Assembly: GCF_000150275.1 (NCBI RefSeq)
Contig: NW_002060943.1
Location: forward strand, 12,719,694 to 12,783,693
Direction of reading: 5' to 3'
Length of the DNA: 64,000 nt
Origin: Trichoplax adhaerens
Taxonomy: Eukaryota > Animalia > Placozoa
Part shown: in pieces, positions 39,089 to 53,149 of the stretch
Layout of the letters: each line of letters begins with the position of its first letter
Position numbering within the stretch: the stretch's first letter is position 1
The notes under the pieces: generated by a model
The model's database searches: none
The model's input: only the letters and a program-made list of their open reading frames with translations
What the model was told of the DNA's origin: nothing
Position numbers and translations under genes: made by a program

Positions 39089-41985
39089 ACTACACAAATA
39101 AGCTACTTATGACTAATAGGTTGAAATACTTCACTTTATTTACGTTAATCTTAGTCGTAAAATGTACTAAAGAAAACGTAAGAAAATTCTTAGCAATAAT
39201 AGTCAAGTGATCCTGCAAGTGACTAAATGGAACTGAGCAGCTTAGCTAGTGCTCGGCTTTTTATAGTCTCGGCCTACGCCGATGGTGCACTTGTGAATAT
39301 TTTTGACTTAGCGACTTCCACTGTTCAGTATACATATCCTAGTATATCGGTGAGAATATCTATCTGTTGAGTAGCTTGATACATTCCGTGATAAACGTTG
39401 GAAGTTAACACGATATAATTTGCTAGAAATATTCCTGTAATTTTCTTCTTTGAAGAATATCTTGAGTTCCAAACCGTAAAGGCACAATGATTTCCTATTC
39501 GAAATCCCGCCGCTGCCACCAATTGTTAAACCATATCATCGTTCCATTTTCATACTCATCTTTATCAATGAATTGTATTATAAGTTCGGCAGTAACAAAT
39601 GCTCATAAATGCTAATAACTTGGAGATATTATCAATAAATACTAATGCTAAATAAATAGTGCTTCTTTATAGAGTTTGAATATAGTGTATAGCTTGCAAA
39701 TATTCTCGTCTATTGGAATTTTAACTTTTCTAGTAGCGTTTTATATCCAGTTTACGATTTAATTTTCGAAGCTAATGTTGAAATTAATTGATTGATCAAC
39801 TGTAATGCGGCAGACTATATCTTATTCTGTATAAGATTACTAAATCATAATAAATTTAAACCTACGAAACGTAAGATAAAATTCTGCTTTTATTACAATA
39901 TTTAAAAAGATCCATAAAGAATTCATAAAGAGATAAATTAATCATTTAGTAATATTTTATAGTCTAATCGATTCTAGGATAAACTGTGAGATTATCCAGC
40001 CTTTGGTATCACTGACTTAACAGCCAAGTCATTCGAAAATTAATTTTGGATGATACAGATAATGAGAACGACTATCGTAGCATGATTTCTTGATTGTTAA
40101 GTACATTAACCAAAATAATGACAAGGGATTAAAATCACTGCTAGTAGCTTACATCCTAGAGCATTAGATACTGAACTTTAGTGCCATTTAACTGGCTTCA
40201 GTGAAGCGTTTTAAATAATCTATTTTTGCTCAGGTTTTGCTCGGATTTAAATCGCTGAAACATAAAACACAAGCATTTATCTTATGCTCTGTCGATAAAT
40301 CGTTCGGTATTGAATGAGAAATATTTAGGCAGTAGTTAGGCAGAGAAATAGGCAAAGCAAGCTGATGGCGATCATATTGCTGAAAGTTTGCGGCAAGTCC
40401 GTGAAGTGTTTGTATGCTTGCTGAAGACATGCGATTGCAGACAGGTTACTTGCATCAACGATTTCTCATGCAACAGATTATTTTAAAACAGTGCTTAGAC
40501 CTGAACATCTAAGAATGATATCGTCAATCTAATATGACCACAATCTGAAATATCTACTAGTGAAGATTTTTCGTTCACAGGCAGTCTATGCACAATTTAT
40601 AGTACTGTATACTCTTAAACGTTACTTCAATAGGGAAATTGCAAGCTTAGTTCTATCACCGGTAGAAGCAATCAGAATTCCATATCTATATAGTGTATAG
40701 CTCCGTTACGTAATATTCTTATTAGTTATTTTGTGTTGATATCTTTCTCGAGATCGAGTTCGATCAGCTTTTCATGGCTATCTGTAATGGAAATTTAGAT
40801 ACCAACATCGTTTGATTCGACTAATTTATATGCCTTGTCGACTGATAGGTAAATCTTAGAGCCTTTCTTATCTGTTAGCCTATCACCGCTATTGCAGCCA
40901 TTTCTGACGAAAGTCTTCCAGCACTGCTACAAATAACGTACAGTAAGTTAATAAGATGCTATTTCTAGCCCTACTCTGAACTAGTGACTCAAAAAATGGT
41001 CTTCCAAGAAACGTTAAAAGTAGTTTCTGATATAAAATTATTGTAGAATATTACAGTCATAAAATTTAATCCAGGTAAACTACGAATATACAACTAGCTC
41101 TTAAGCTACCGACTAAACACCCTCCGAAAAGCACACGACTATCTTAACGTCTAAATATAATCCATGAAACCAATAACCCACTCAAATCTAGCGCCGCCAT
41201 CTTACTTATGATTACTGGTACTAGGAGTTTCAATATGCAATCCATTTTCTTACAATGATCTATCTCTATTCCGCCAGCTCTCAATCCATCAAATCATCGA
41301 CAATTGCCTTCTGGCAAGCCCGCATAAATACTGGATAGTAGCGATTACGGATAGCCGATGTACGTGTATATTTCAAATATTTGTAATCGATCAAGTTGCC
41401 TTCAACTGGTGTTTCTGAAGCCAGCAAAGAAAGCAACTCGTATACTATTATCCTTTGGTTATTCCTGCCGCACCAACTGTTATAGAAGCGAAATTGACAT
41501 CAAATTATTCAGTTTACTACTCTCCATTAACAGATACTGCTTTTCGTTTATTCGCTTTAATCGATTACTCTTGATCTCCAACAGAATCTCAGCAGGAGAA
41601 GTTGAAGTAGCTTAATGGCAGATCAACTAGGATACTAGCATCTTGTCATTTCCAATTTTAAGCAATATTATGGTAAAATCAGGAAAAATTTCCAATCTTT
41701 TAGACCGCAGAAATACTAATTTACCACAAGCTACATATTCTTAGCAGTGATATAGTAGGGCATTGTACGCAGTATTTAAATGTGCTTATAAATTCTCTCT
41801 ACCTGTTAAAATTCAATTTAATTTCTATGAATAGTCTCTCTACAAAGCTATAATATTTATTAATTAATTATCATTCGTTAACAAGTGTCGTAACGGCGGA
41901 ATAGAGGCCGTTGTGGAAAACAATGTAAAATTCGTTTATGTTATTGGGTTAACAGAATATCTTTCCTATGTATTTTCTTGAATAG

Positions 41986-43706
41986 GTGTTTCCCATATTG
42001 TTTATTTGTAGTTCATCGTCAATTTTTGCTGTAAGAGAATGGTACGCTAATTCAGAGTATCGAAATGAAAGAAAATAGGCAGTATGTTCAGGCTATCATT
42101 AGCAATTCAAATTTGGTTTCTTAAGGTAAGGGCGTTCACTCTATTTAAAACTACAAAACAATAAGGCTATCCATTATCTCTGATTTCTAGCAGACGGAAG
42201 AAGGAAGTAGCTATCAACGGATGTAAAAATGGCAAACATTTTCAGATGTGTAAGTTTTAGCCCCATAGGGTCATTTCCATAAAACTACTATTTCTTAGAC
42301 CCTAGCTATGGTTGTTTCAGCTAATTATAAATAGCTAAAGTAATTAGATAGTTGCCAGCATCAAATTGGAATCGATTTTTTATTTGATTTAGCAGGCTAT
42401 ATTACATTACAAGTCTTCAATTAATTCATGATTCAGCAATATTATAGTTATTATAAAGTGCAGAGGATAGTATTAAATGATGTCTGCGGTGTTATCAAAC
42501 TGATTTCATGCTGGCGTACTATAATATCTCTACTAATGCCATATGCCATTATAAACCATAAATCTATCCTGTCGCTATCGAATTACCAGTACCCTGTGGT
42601 TACGTGTTTTAATTTATTTTTTGCTTTCAAGTAATGTATTTTCGTATATCACACGCCTAAATATATGGCAATGATCGTTTTTAAGTAAATCCAGGGTCGA
42701 TAAGGATAATAATATACGCCACCTCTATAACACTGTAAATGCAATCAGGTGGTTTCCTTCCTAACAATTGCGGGCATCGCCGATGTTCATATCCAATTTT
42801 ACTTCTTTCTCTAACAATTAGTGATAACCTCTTAGTCCTCAGTTCTGTCGACAGAAAATTATACAAGAACTTAATTAACTTGTTAGCATACCTAATGAGG
42901 CGATTTTAATGTCATAAGGTAATATTTACAAGTAATCCCTATCCATTAATTATAGAGTTAGGGAGTAATTTTATTTGCCTCATTAATAACCAGCAATGCA
43001 AATTTCCTAAGCATCTAAAAATGCATCGACTGGTGATGTCGTGAAAATTTTGATGTTATGAACTACTGTAAAGGTAATTTTATCATTTCTTTAGACGTTT
43101 CTGCGATAGATGTAGAGGATCAAAACGGATTAGAAATGATTCCTAGATCTCAGCAAGTGGCCATAGAATTTATATTTGATCAAATAGTCATTGATTTCGG
43201 GCTGTAGCATCGTCAATTCATTATCTATGGGGAAGCTTGTAAAAAATCAATTTTCAATTAATGAAAATTAGCGCAATAACCATCAACTTAGTTTCGGTAG
43301 GCCATGTCTAGGGCACATTCTTTCTTCACTACCAGAGTTGAACAATAGCTTTCAAGCAACTTCATGAATATTCAAATTTCTTTTCAAATCCTAAAGTGCT
43401 ATCGCATAATGATTCGGAAACTTCTATCAATTACTGCAATTAATGATAATATGGCGGCATTAATTAAGACATTGTTGTGAATATAAAGCCTTTACTTACA
43501 ATCTTAGCAATGTGCCATCACGCTAGAGATGCTAAGGCTATCGTATATACATCAATTAATTCTATCATTACAGTTCGCTAGTAGAATCTGCTAAATCTGC
43601 AATTAACATTCTTCATGATGGAGAAGATCGTTTTTATATCGTTGCTTTTGGTTGCAAAAGTATCCTAGTCAACGATAAGAAATTGGAATGGATATCACCT
43701 AGTAAT
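41986..43706 (+). pseudogene. Exon-like blocks of a probably decayed secreted-protein gene, or upstream/UTR exons of the mucin gene
   Basis: Phase-compatible blocks 41986-42041 (VFPILFICSSSSIFAVRE), 42191-42249 and 43095-43238, the last with an in-frame TAG at 43205-43207. A further block at ~43574-43706. Confidence 0.3.
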
Positions 43707-44273
43707 TTGAGATTGAACGGATAATAAATAAATTATTACTTTCTCATTTATATGAGATTATCATTTAAACTGTAGACTAAGTTCTAATTTAAATCCTTAG
43801 CTTTCTTTTATCGGTCATTCCTCATTATTTTAGAGTATTTAATCATGCCAGAGGTCCTTTATTGCGGGCTTGATTAATTCTGAGATGGATGTGAGGATCT
43901 CCTTTTGCGCATATAAATTTTTTCTCTACAATAATGTGCCACTAAAACTATACTGCAGATGAAAAGACTTATATTTCATGTTTAACTTTTAATTACGTAG
44001 ACCTCCTACCCAGCGTAATCAGCATTCAAATAAATCAACAATAATGACTTTTTCATAAGATACTGACAAGATTTTACAGTTTAACCTCTAAGCGCAATCT
44101 ATCTCAGAATTGATTTTAGCCATAAATTGAATTCAAACTCTGTTCAGCTATTGGCTCTCACATTTACAAACGTTTCATTCAAGCGATAGACCTATGGCCA
44201 TTAGTAAAATTTGCATACTTTAGCAATTTACTGCCACTAGCCTCACTAATAACGCTTTTCAATTCCAATGCAG

Positions 44274-47200
44274 ATGGTTGCGATGTACCTTACTATGTGC
44301 CTTTTAGCAACGGTGGTGCATGGTACTTCCATATCCATTGATAGTGATCAGTTTGATGCAAGCAGTGAGTTTCCCGGTGATAGCGCAGTTTCTGGTGATA
44401 ATTCTTATCAAGCTCTACAATCATCTATACTTGCCGGTAAATAATGCTCGTTCTATTCATTTCTAACGAAATAAAGCTAGGCTAGGATAAAAGGATAACA
44501 ATTTACTCTAGCCTCGTAGCTACTATAACGCATTTTAAAATTAATACCGCTACTTTATCATGTTCTACAGATAGTTCAGGGGATCTACCTTACTCAGTGG
44601 AAATATCTTCTCAACAACTACTATCGGAGGACAACAACTACATCACTGTAAGCGATGAAGTGTTTTCTATTGATAGCCAGTCCGACAGTGCTCCATTTCC
44701 CTCACTATCGGATGCTCTAATGGATGATTCTTCTGCTTACTTTCCAATGACTTCCGCTGAGGTTATGTCGGAACCTCTCCAAAGTCAAATTGGACAATCG
44801 CTCGATTTTTCAAATAATTATATTAGTAGCAATGCAACTGCTATGTTAACGTTGGATTCTACGAAAATGTTTATTTCAACAAATTCAAGCGACGCTTTAC
44901 AGCCAACTATTTATGTCAGCGCAAATATCTCTGCATCAATGGTTTCCAGCTATAGCAAATCGCCATCCAGTAATCTATCGGTTGTCTTTGCATCTTCAGT
45001 TGCTCAGTCCAGTATCGAAGGCAATCCTTCCTCCGAATTGAGCACTACTAAAATTTCGCCGTCATCTGGGTTTCTTAGCCAGCTTAGTGCTACTAATATT
45101 CCTATATCAACTGCAATAACAACACCGTCGTCAAGTGTCATCTTAACCAATCTATCGTTGCCTATATCAACTGCAATAACAACACCGTCGTCAAGTACCA
45201 ACTTAACCGATCTATCGTTCTCTATTTCTACTTCTAATCAGCCAATATCAAGTCAGGATACCCAAATCAGTACCAGCGTAAAGGATCAATCCAGTCTACT
45301 ATTGAGCAAGGATATTGCCTCCTCTTCTGATTCTTCGTCTTTCTATTCTCAAGACATGTCTTTATCATCCTCACCTGTAGCCATGTCTAATATGCAGAGT
45401 TCAACGAGTTTAGTAGAAATGTCGGTTTCTAGCTCTTCCAAGGTTGATATTCCACGATCATCCTTCGTTTCCAGTAATTTATATCTAAAGAGTTCTAGCA
45501 TCAAGAACGATCTATCTATTCTTCCCTCGAAACAGAGTAGTCTCTCGGTCTCAACTTCATCCAGTGTAACCCTAGATTTGTTCTTTTCCAGTGATTTATC
45601 CTTGTCCAATAACTTAATTACAAGCACACAAAATAATACTGGCGACATGATTACGAATTCAATCAGTAATCCAGCAACTACAAACTCACCTGTGACTACG
45701 CCAACTCCAACCGTGAATCCTTGCCTGAATAATCCATGCCAACCTTTTGCTGTCTGCAATGCACTATCAACATTAACGATCGGATACTTTTGCACCTGCA
45801 GAGTGGGCTATTATCAGCAAGATGTAAACGCCCTTTTAACAAATAGCCAAGGGTGCTTAGGTACGTTTATTATATAATTAAACAGCCTATGTAAAGCAGT
45901 TTAATATGCATTTTCTAGCAAGCTTCGTATGTTACTAATATTTCTAACGGCTAAAATAATACATACCGCCATTCTACGGTTAAAATTTCTTGTTTTACAC
46001 CATAGTTAGCCATAACAGTAGATAGCTAGTAAGCATTAAATAATTAGGCAAATTGATCTTGTCTTGCATACAAGCAGATACAAAATGATTTTAGAGATTA
46101 GGTTAATACATTGATAATATGATCACTTAATTAGCTGTAATCCCCCTATTTAGAGGGTAGCTATTTTACTGGTACTCTATCTCTAGACGATGTATTTGAG
46201 CCTACATTAAATGATCCTAACAATCAAAAAGGACAACGAATAAAGAATGATAGCAAAACACAGGTAATCTAACTAGGTTGCAGCTTGACTAATTTTTGTT
46301 TTATATAAGCAATTTACATGGACGAGATTTCCATGATTTTGTTTACACTGATGGTTATTTCTAGATCGAAGCCGCGATACGAAACTCCCAAGATGCAGCT
46401 ACCAATTTTCTATATATCATCATCACCGGCCTGAGGTATTAAGATTTTGCTTAAGTCTCTAGCGGCACTTTATTATTTAAGCACTAGGTATGAGAGCGTT
46501 GTCAATTAATCTTTTGCTACTAAGGTGATATTCATTTTAGAAATAAGAATGATAATTTAACAACCATAGTTAACTTCGTCAAACGCTTATCTTGATATAC
46601 ACGTATTAAGTATAACCTGAATTATACCATCTTGCTAAGACTACTGCCTAATTTTAGTATTGGTTAAGTGCACGTACAGATTTCACATCAGATATTTATA
46701 GTGAAAACTATTAATTCATTTACTATTCTTTGTCTAATTCTAGGTCTGGGAGTATTATTGTCGATTTCTATGCTGTTTATGATAATAATGCCACAGTAAA
46801 TCAAACTGCAATTCAAGACACTATCCAACAAAATGTTCAAACGGTGGGCAGCATAGTAGTTCAGGGAGTTAACGTGACGGGTAAGACCATCTGAAAATCT
46901 ATTTAACCTTTAGAATACACTTTCAAAACTTTTATGTGTAGATTTGAGTAATCTTGACAAAATAGATGACCTTAGCGTCTCTAGTTACTAAAAGTTCTTT
47001 CCGTAATAACTATCCTGCTTTTGATGCATTTCAATTTATTGCAGTATAAATGATCATGAATACAAACGAAAGCAAACATTATTCAGTCCAAGTAAAATAG
47101 TCACAAATTTTAGTTCGTTTTCTTGATTTGCATTTGATGACAAAAATACATTCGGAAATTAGAAATTAACGATAGCTTCGTTTTTCTTCAGACTAATTAA

Positions 47201-49000
47201 TACTCTTATTACGGTAGTAGCTATGAAAATAGCTAGAGCATAATGCAACAGCATATAATTTTAATGCTGCTCGATGTTGTTAAGTAATATAACGGCACTT
47301 AGTAATATTGGAAGATCAATCATGGTTTAGTATTCTCTAAAATGAATAGAATACCATATCCTGTCGTACTTAGTCTGCTTGGAACATTATATATTTTATA
47401 TCAGTAATATACGGTGATCTTAAATATTTTCAGCACATAAAAAATATTTCCGTAAATTGTTGTTGTAATCGCTTAGTCTCTTCTCTATTTTACAATATAC
47501 AATAATTATAGAAACCAATGAGTGTGCAGTCGATAATGATCCTTGTTCAGGCCAAAAAGAAACCTGCATTGATTTACAAGACGGCTTCAAATGTCAGCGT
47601 TGCCCGACAGGCTTTCAATTTAACACTTCCACCAAAGGCTGTTCAGGTATTAGTGCTACGAAATAAGATAGTCATGCATAGGCTAACTGAATCAATCATA
47701 AAGGTCTATAAGGCCAATAAAGAATTATATTCAGAGAAATAGCTAACTACATCAAGCTACGCGAATTAAGGTATATGACTTACCAACTTATAATTTAGAC
47801 ATCAATGAATGTTTGGCAAGTGTAAGTCCATGCAAAGCGAATGAAAAATGTATTAATGAAGATGGAAAATACTCGTGTACATTGAAATCTACCATCAATC
47901 CTTCTCAAGGTAGTTACAAACGTACTATAGCTGGTCGTTTATTAAATCAATTGCTTTCAGCCAACAAGATAAGCAATTTTATAGCTGTTGACATACTACG
48001 AATTCTCTGCAAATAGAATAAAAGATGAAATTAAATGTTATTTCTCCTTTAATTGTTATTTTTGACTCATTTTTCAGTGACTTGTACAGCTACTAGCTGC
48101 TTAAATGGCGGCAATTGCAGTGTTGATAGTACTGCTAACGAAATTGTTTGTATGTAAGTATTTTGATGAGTAGCATGAAATCAAGCTTACAATTCCATAA
48201 GTGAGTTCTCAAACATTGCAAAATGGAATGGTTAAGATAGCATTTATGCCTACTATATTGTTTTTTATTGGCTATAGCAATGGTGATTTCATATTAAATT
48301 GCGGTTGAAAGACTTCTACAATAATTCTATATCATTATCCATGATGACTTATAGTAAATCATTCTATTTCAGTTGTACAATCTTTTTTACCGGCAAAAAT
48401 TGCCAAAATTTAAGCAGTAAGGACTTCATTTTACATTTTTCAAAAATTACTAAGAAGCTATCGAATATTCAACACTTTATTCTAATAAAGTGAAATTATT
48501 TGCTACTATTTAGCCATTACCATCATCCTGATTACATCAGGTGCTGGACTTGGTTCATTTACTGCCATTCTCTTAGTGGCTGTAGCTTATTACCGACGCC
48601 AAGGGTAACGAAAACTAGTTAATTTACCATTCTTATCGATAGCATTGCAGTGTTATTACTATAATTAAGTCAATATTATATCTATATCGTTAAATTCCCG
48701 TAAAATAAGTTAAGTGCGAGCTAGGATATATTATAGCGATTATAAAGCTTAGTTTTTAAGCTTAGATATATTTATTCCTTAAAATCCACTTTTTCTTATA
48801 GTAAATCACTAACCAAGAAAAGTATTAATGATGACTACGAAGAAATGATTGACGGTAATAATGATCTAGTCGATAAAGAAAAGGGCTATATCAATAATGA
48901 CGCAGAGGAAATTCCTCTTCGACCATATGCTGGCCAAATAGGTGGAGAGTATACAACTATCATTTACGAAGCTAAACATAGGACTTCCATGATTGGATAG
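44274..49000 (+). CDS. Transmembrane mucin-like protein: signal peptide - Ser/Thr-rich region - EGF - SEA - cbEGF - cbEGF-like - EGF - TM - cytoplasmic tail (MUC13/HEG1-like layout)
   Basis: Exons: 44274-44436 (MVAMYLTMCLLATVVHG signal peptide); 44571-45860 (S/T-rich + EGF); 46154-46263, 46365-46435, 46744-46880 (SEA, LRSGSIIVDF); 47512-47646 (ETNEC...CIDLQDGFKC); 47799-47909 (DINEC); 48078-48153; 48373-48416; 48514-48604 (TM, YYRR); 48802-49000 (stop TAG). All phases are compatible. Confidence 0.88.
45101..45220 (+). repeat. 60-bp in-frame tandem duplication in the mucin domain
   Basis: CCTATATCAACTGCAATAACAACACCGTCGTCAAGT occurs twice, 60 bp apart (PISTAITTPSSS x2). Confidence 0.9.
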
Positions 49001-50167
49001 AAATTCTTAAAATGGTTACAGACAGAAACTGTTAACTGATAGTATTCATTCTTTTACCTGATAAGTTTGCATTTAGCACTTCTTTTAAACACTTTCATAG
49101 CTGTACAGTTTGTAGAAAATATTCCGCCATGAAGATAAACTGTCGCTATGGATATATGAACCAAACCAAAATATCCAATTTATACTTCGTTATCCTTATG
49201 ATTTTAGTTAAGATATTTATATAAATCTACGTCTTAAGTTCTGTTGGACATGAGTAGGAAAATAAATAATCTTGATGTGAAGTGAGCTAAAATTATTCCA
49301 ATATTTCAAGTATTGTATAGTCCTACAGTATGTAATACCAGTTGAATTTAAACTGTTCTCTAATTTATTAACGTGACATACTTGCCCACTGAAAAATGTA
49401 CAAACAACTAATCAAATCCTACTCTTTACCTATTTTCGATGATTTTTGATAATAAAATTGTATTAAGATGATAAGTTTGGTTAAAGTCATGATATAGTTT
49501 AGCGGAACATTTTATTACAAAGTGCAGTAATTGATCGTAATGAATTTTTTCTATGCTTAACTTATGTAAATACTATTATGAAGCTTTGTAGCTGTTTAAT
49601 AGTCCGCCATTAAGGATATTTAAACCTAAGATAAAAGTTTTCATAATTTCTCTATTTCAAGATTGGATATTACAGTGAGTGTATAATAAATTATTTTCCT
49701 ATTTTTCCAGTCATCTAATTACCGGATTGATAGCTTGCAACACGATGAGACACTTCTAATGAGAAATTGTTATGACTTTTTTCATACCATAATCTATAAG
49801 ATCAAGCCGCAATTTGAAATCACAACTTTTAATTGCGATGCCATCTTAGAAATTAGGAAATTTTTAAATTTGATCTTGCTGATTTTAATAACATTTATTT
49901 CGTTTCAAAGCAGCATAAGTAGATTTACTTTAATCTAGTGGAAAATCTTGATAGTCAATGCACGCTAAAATTGCTATCATACGAAGGAGCAGTTGTAGTA
50001 ATCCGTTCGGTCTACGTAAGGCATATCACAAGTCTAAAGTTGCCTCTAGTTAATTAAATTTATTTCGTCAACCAGTTCATCAATGCTGTCGCTAATAATC
50101 ATTTAATCATTAAAATATGTGTATCGTCGCACTAATACACTAAGTCCGAACCGTAGCGACATGTCAT

Positions 50168-50719
50168 TGTAATGTAACTAGTATTGTGATTGCAGATTAT
50201 TAGCCATGTTTAGTATAATGTACGGTAGATATTTATCCTAAGAGATATTTGGTAGCTATAACTATAGACTGTAGTGGTAGAGACTCTATGCTAGAGTACA
50301 GATGACTATATACAGTAAGGTGTTGAGTTACTAATAAGGCTATAGGTAAAAATAAAACTGTAAATCATATATTAGGATATGGTTAATTCATTGTACTTTG
50401 GCTGGTGTGAATAATGTCTACGTAAGTACTGCAGTCGTATCCATATTGGATTAATGATGGTCCGCAGTAGAATAGTCATACTAAGAATAATTTAACTATG
50501 TGTAATATAAGGTAAAAGGTTGCCATGCGGAATGTAGCTGCGAATGCTACGAAAAGTATAAAAGCATGCAACTTTAGATTATTCTGTTAGTTCATTCTAG
50601 AAGTCTTTAGTAGTAGTATTCGGCTAGAGTAGAGCTGTGTGTAGTTAATCTTTGTATAAGATTCAATAAAGCCCTTATTTTTTCTAAAATTTGGAATTTC
50701 GTGATTGGTATATATCACA
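50168..50719 (+). mobile_element. Solo LTR, family A copy 3
   Basis: Same sequence family as 4868-5424; TG...CA; TSD GTCAT/GTCTT. May lie within an older LTR-like element (~49994-51147, flanks GCAGT/ACAGT). Confidence 0.85.
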
Positions 50720-52005
50720 GTCTTGTCTGATAATTATTACTATAGTAGATAAGTTATAAGTTATAATAATCATAGATTACGAATTATCAACTTGTTACGT
50801 TATGAAAATGCTTGTCTAGGTCGTGTATAGGAATTTAGAAATTAAAATATCTGTATAGTACGATGCTGCTAAGTTACAAAACGATCCGTTACTTTTACAG
50901 CTAGTATCTTATAAAAAGGAAAGTCTTAAGACTTCTTTGGCATTGCTTCACACGATCATTCAATTACTCTGCTAATGTATGTGCAGTGTAACCTTCAATA
51001 AAGTCAATTAATTAGTAGGAAAGTGCGAGTTGCATTTTATGAAAGGTATCTCTTGTCAACCTCAAGATCCACCACAAATGCACATTAGCCTAGCAAATAC
51101 TATTCTTAGCCTATTTTTAATGACTTCATATTAAAGTTTACACCACAACAGTTTGAAAATATGCATGCGGTTAGGCTATAATGTAGCTTAATATTTAGGT
51201 TAAACTTACGTGTTCGTAAACTTAATAAATTGACCATTTTTATTTTATTTTTAACAATACTAAAGTAGTAAATCCAAAATAACACGATACATATACTTTA
51301 TCTTCCCGGATATCTCCCTACAGTACGACTCTAAATACTAATGATCTCCTTATCGTCAGAAAGTTCTATCAACCACTGGTTTCTTTAACCGAGAACTAAA
51401 ATTTAAATGTATTTATTGAAAATTGAGTCAGTTTATAGTTCAATGACAATAACCATTAGTTTCAGTATATAAATAAAAGTATAAAACAGTGGTGTTGTCA
51501 ATTAACCCTAAAAATATTACTAGATATCAATTTTAAATTATTATCAATATATTTCTAGATAAAGTATCCTATGAAAATTATATTACAGGTGCTACACAAA
51601 AGTTACTCCGTAGCGATCGGATACAATACTTTTGCTTCTTCGACGATAACAAAATCAGTTATCACGGTAGTAATAGTTGTATTATTTAATTTCTATAGAT
51701 AATTAGTAACAATATTTAGCCCAACTGTCTGTAATGATATCAATTTATACAACATAGAAGTACAAAACAGAATCCACATGACCCGCATATAATTATAATT
51801 AAGGGCAAAACTTACACTACATAAATAAGAGAAAAGTTGCAGACACATTTGTCGATTTATTGCATTAAGCAATTCAATTTCTAGAATCGGGTTTTAAGAT
51901 CCTTCTCGACAAGTACCGTAGTAATTATAAGTGTTACCCTGTACGTCGTAAAGTACAAGGGAAATTACTGTGCGGATTTACCATCAATTTAAAATTTCTA
52001 GGTTA

Positions 52006-52629
52006 TTATAGACATGAACATCGAACTGGAACAACTAGTGATAATATCAATTTTTTATCCGCTGAGGGCCAGCTCTTATCTGCGACATTATATTCAAATT
52101 CGATTCGCTGTTTTTGATTTGCTTCTTCACATTTTGCAACCACTTCAGGAGAACAGCCTACATATTTACAATTTACATAGGAATATTGAAATGGTTGGCC
52201 AAACACTAGATCGGATGATACCTTTGGAGCCTTGAACAATTTTACTGTTTGACTAATATTGCATGATGAATTTAAGTTATCTTTTCTTAGCGATTTTTTA
52301 TCTATTGCAGAAGTATGCTTGTAATCTTTCGTATTGTCGTTTTTTTTCAACGGATACCCATTCAAAAATCTTTCCTTCTCTACACTCTCATCGTGTATAA
52401 AAGGTCGAGGGCTACCATAGGGTAAGGCGATTAAAATAATCATCATTACTGGGATTGTCAACAATTTTGCAATAATGGAGTGCACCTATATTTTTGAAGA
52501 TCAAACAGGTCAAATAGTATATAACTTACTATTACAATAAAGTGAGGTTAATATCTATTAGAGCAAGCTAAGCTGGTTAAATAATTAAGCTATTGGAAAA
52601 AACTATGTATTTCCAATTATTCTCACCAT
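52006..52629 (-). CDS. Secreted cystine-knot prepro-protein, paralog 1 (160 aa)
   Basis: ATG alone at the end of exon 1 (52629-52627, ATG|GTGAG); exon 2 52485-52006. Hydrophobic signal peptide, basic pro-region ending KKSLRK, then C-x30-C-x4-C-x7-C-x36-C-x-C. Confidence 0.8.
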
Positions 52630-52770
52630 TTTACTGCTTGATGTGATTGATGATGAGAATGAAACTAGGCTGAGAAATTGCAAGTTCAACGAGTCCAAAT
52701 TGATTGCCACCTTTTTAGTTTGGATGCTACTGGTCCTGTTGGTGAACTAAATTTTGAAAGAGAATCAGCC

Positions 52771-52782
52771 CTTTTTATATTT
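52771..52782 (-). promoter_or_regulatory. TATA box of cystine-knot paralog 1
   Basis: ATATAAAAAG on the minus strand ~145 bp upstream of the ATG. The paralogous position (~58512-58520) reads ACATAAAAG within a conserved block (TCAGCCCTTTTAT...TTCGCTTGC). Confidence 0.55.
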
Positions 52783-53149
52783 TTCGCTTGCACTACAATT
52801 GCATGTTGAAATTATAATTGCCATAGCAAAGTTATGCTACATTATTTATTATTTTAATGATAAAACATAGAATTGAATAAATTAGGTAAAGAATTAGAAA
52901 AATCACCATCCAATCGATCTATTAGAAGACTTTTTTCCCTGCTGAATCTTAAGGCGTCATGCTTGTATACTGTAAATAAATAACCATCTTTTGCATTACT
53001 GCTCAACTATGCGCAAGTAAAGTACTATGTACTAGCAGTACTACTGAGTGAGTACTGAAATATTCTACTTAAAAAACTGATATGCAAAGTATCACCATCA
53101 GGTGGCTTGCATACTTATATAGATTCCACTTTAGGCAATAAACTGATTC

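Noticed and set aside
39230-39570. Minus-strand coding-like stretch (…IWFNNWWQRRDFE*EIIVPLRFG…)
   Set aside because: Multiple stops and no recognisable family; may be a pseudogene fragment but the evidence is too weak.
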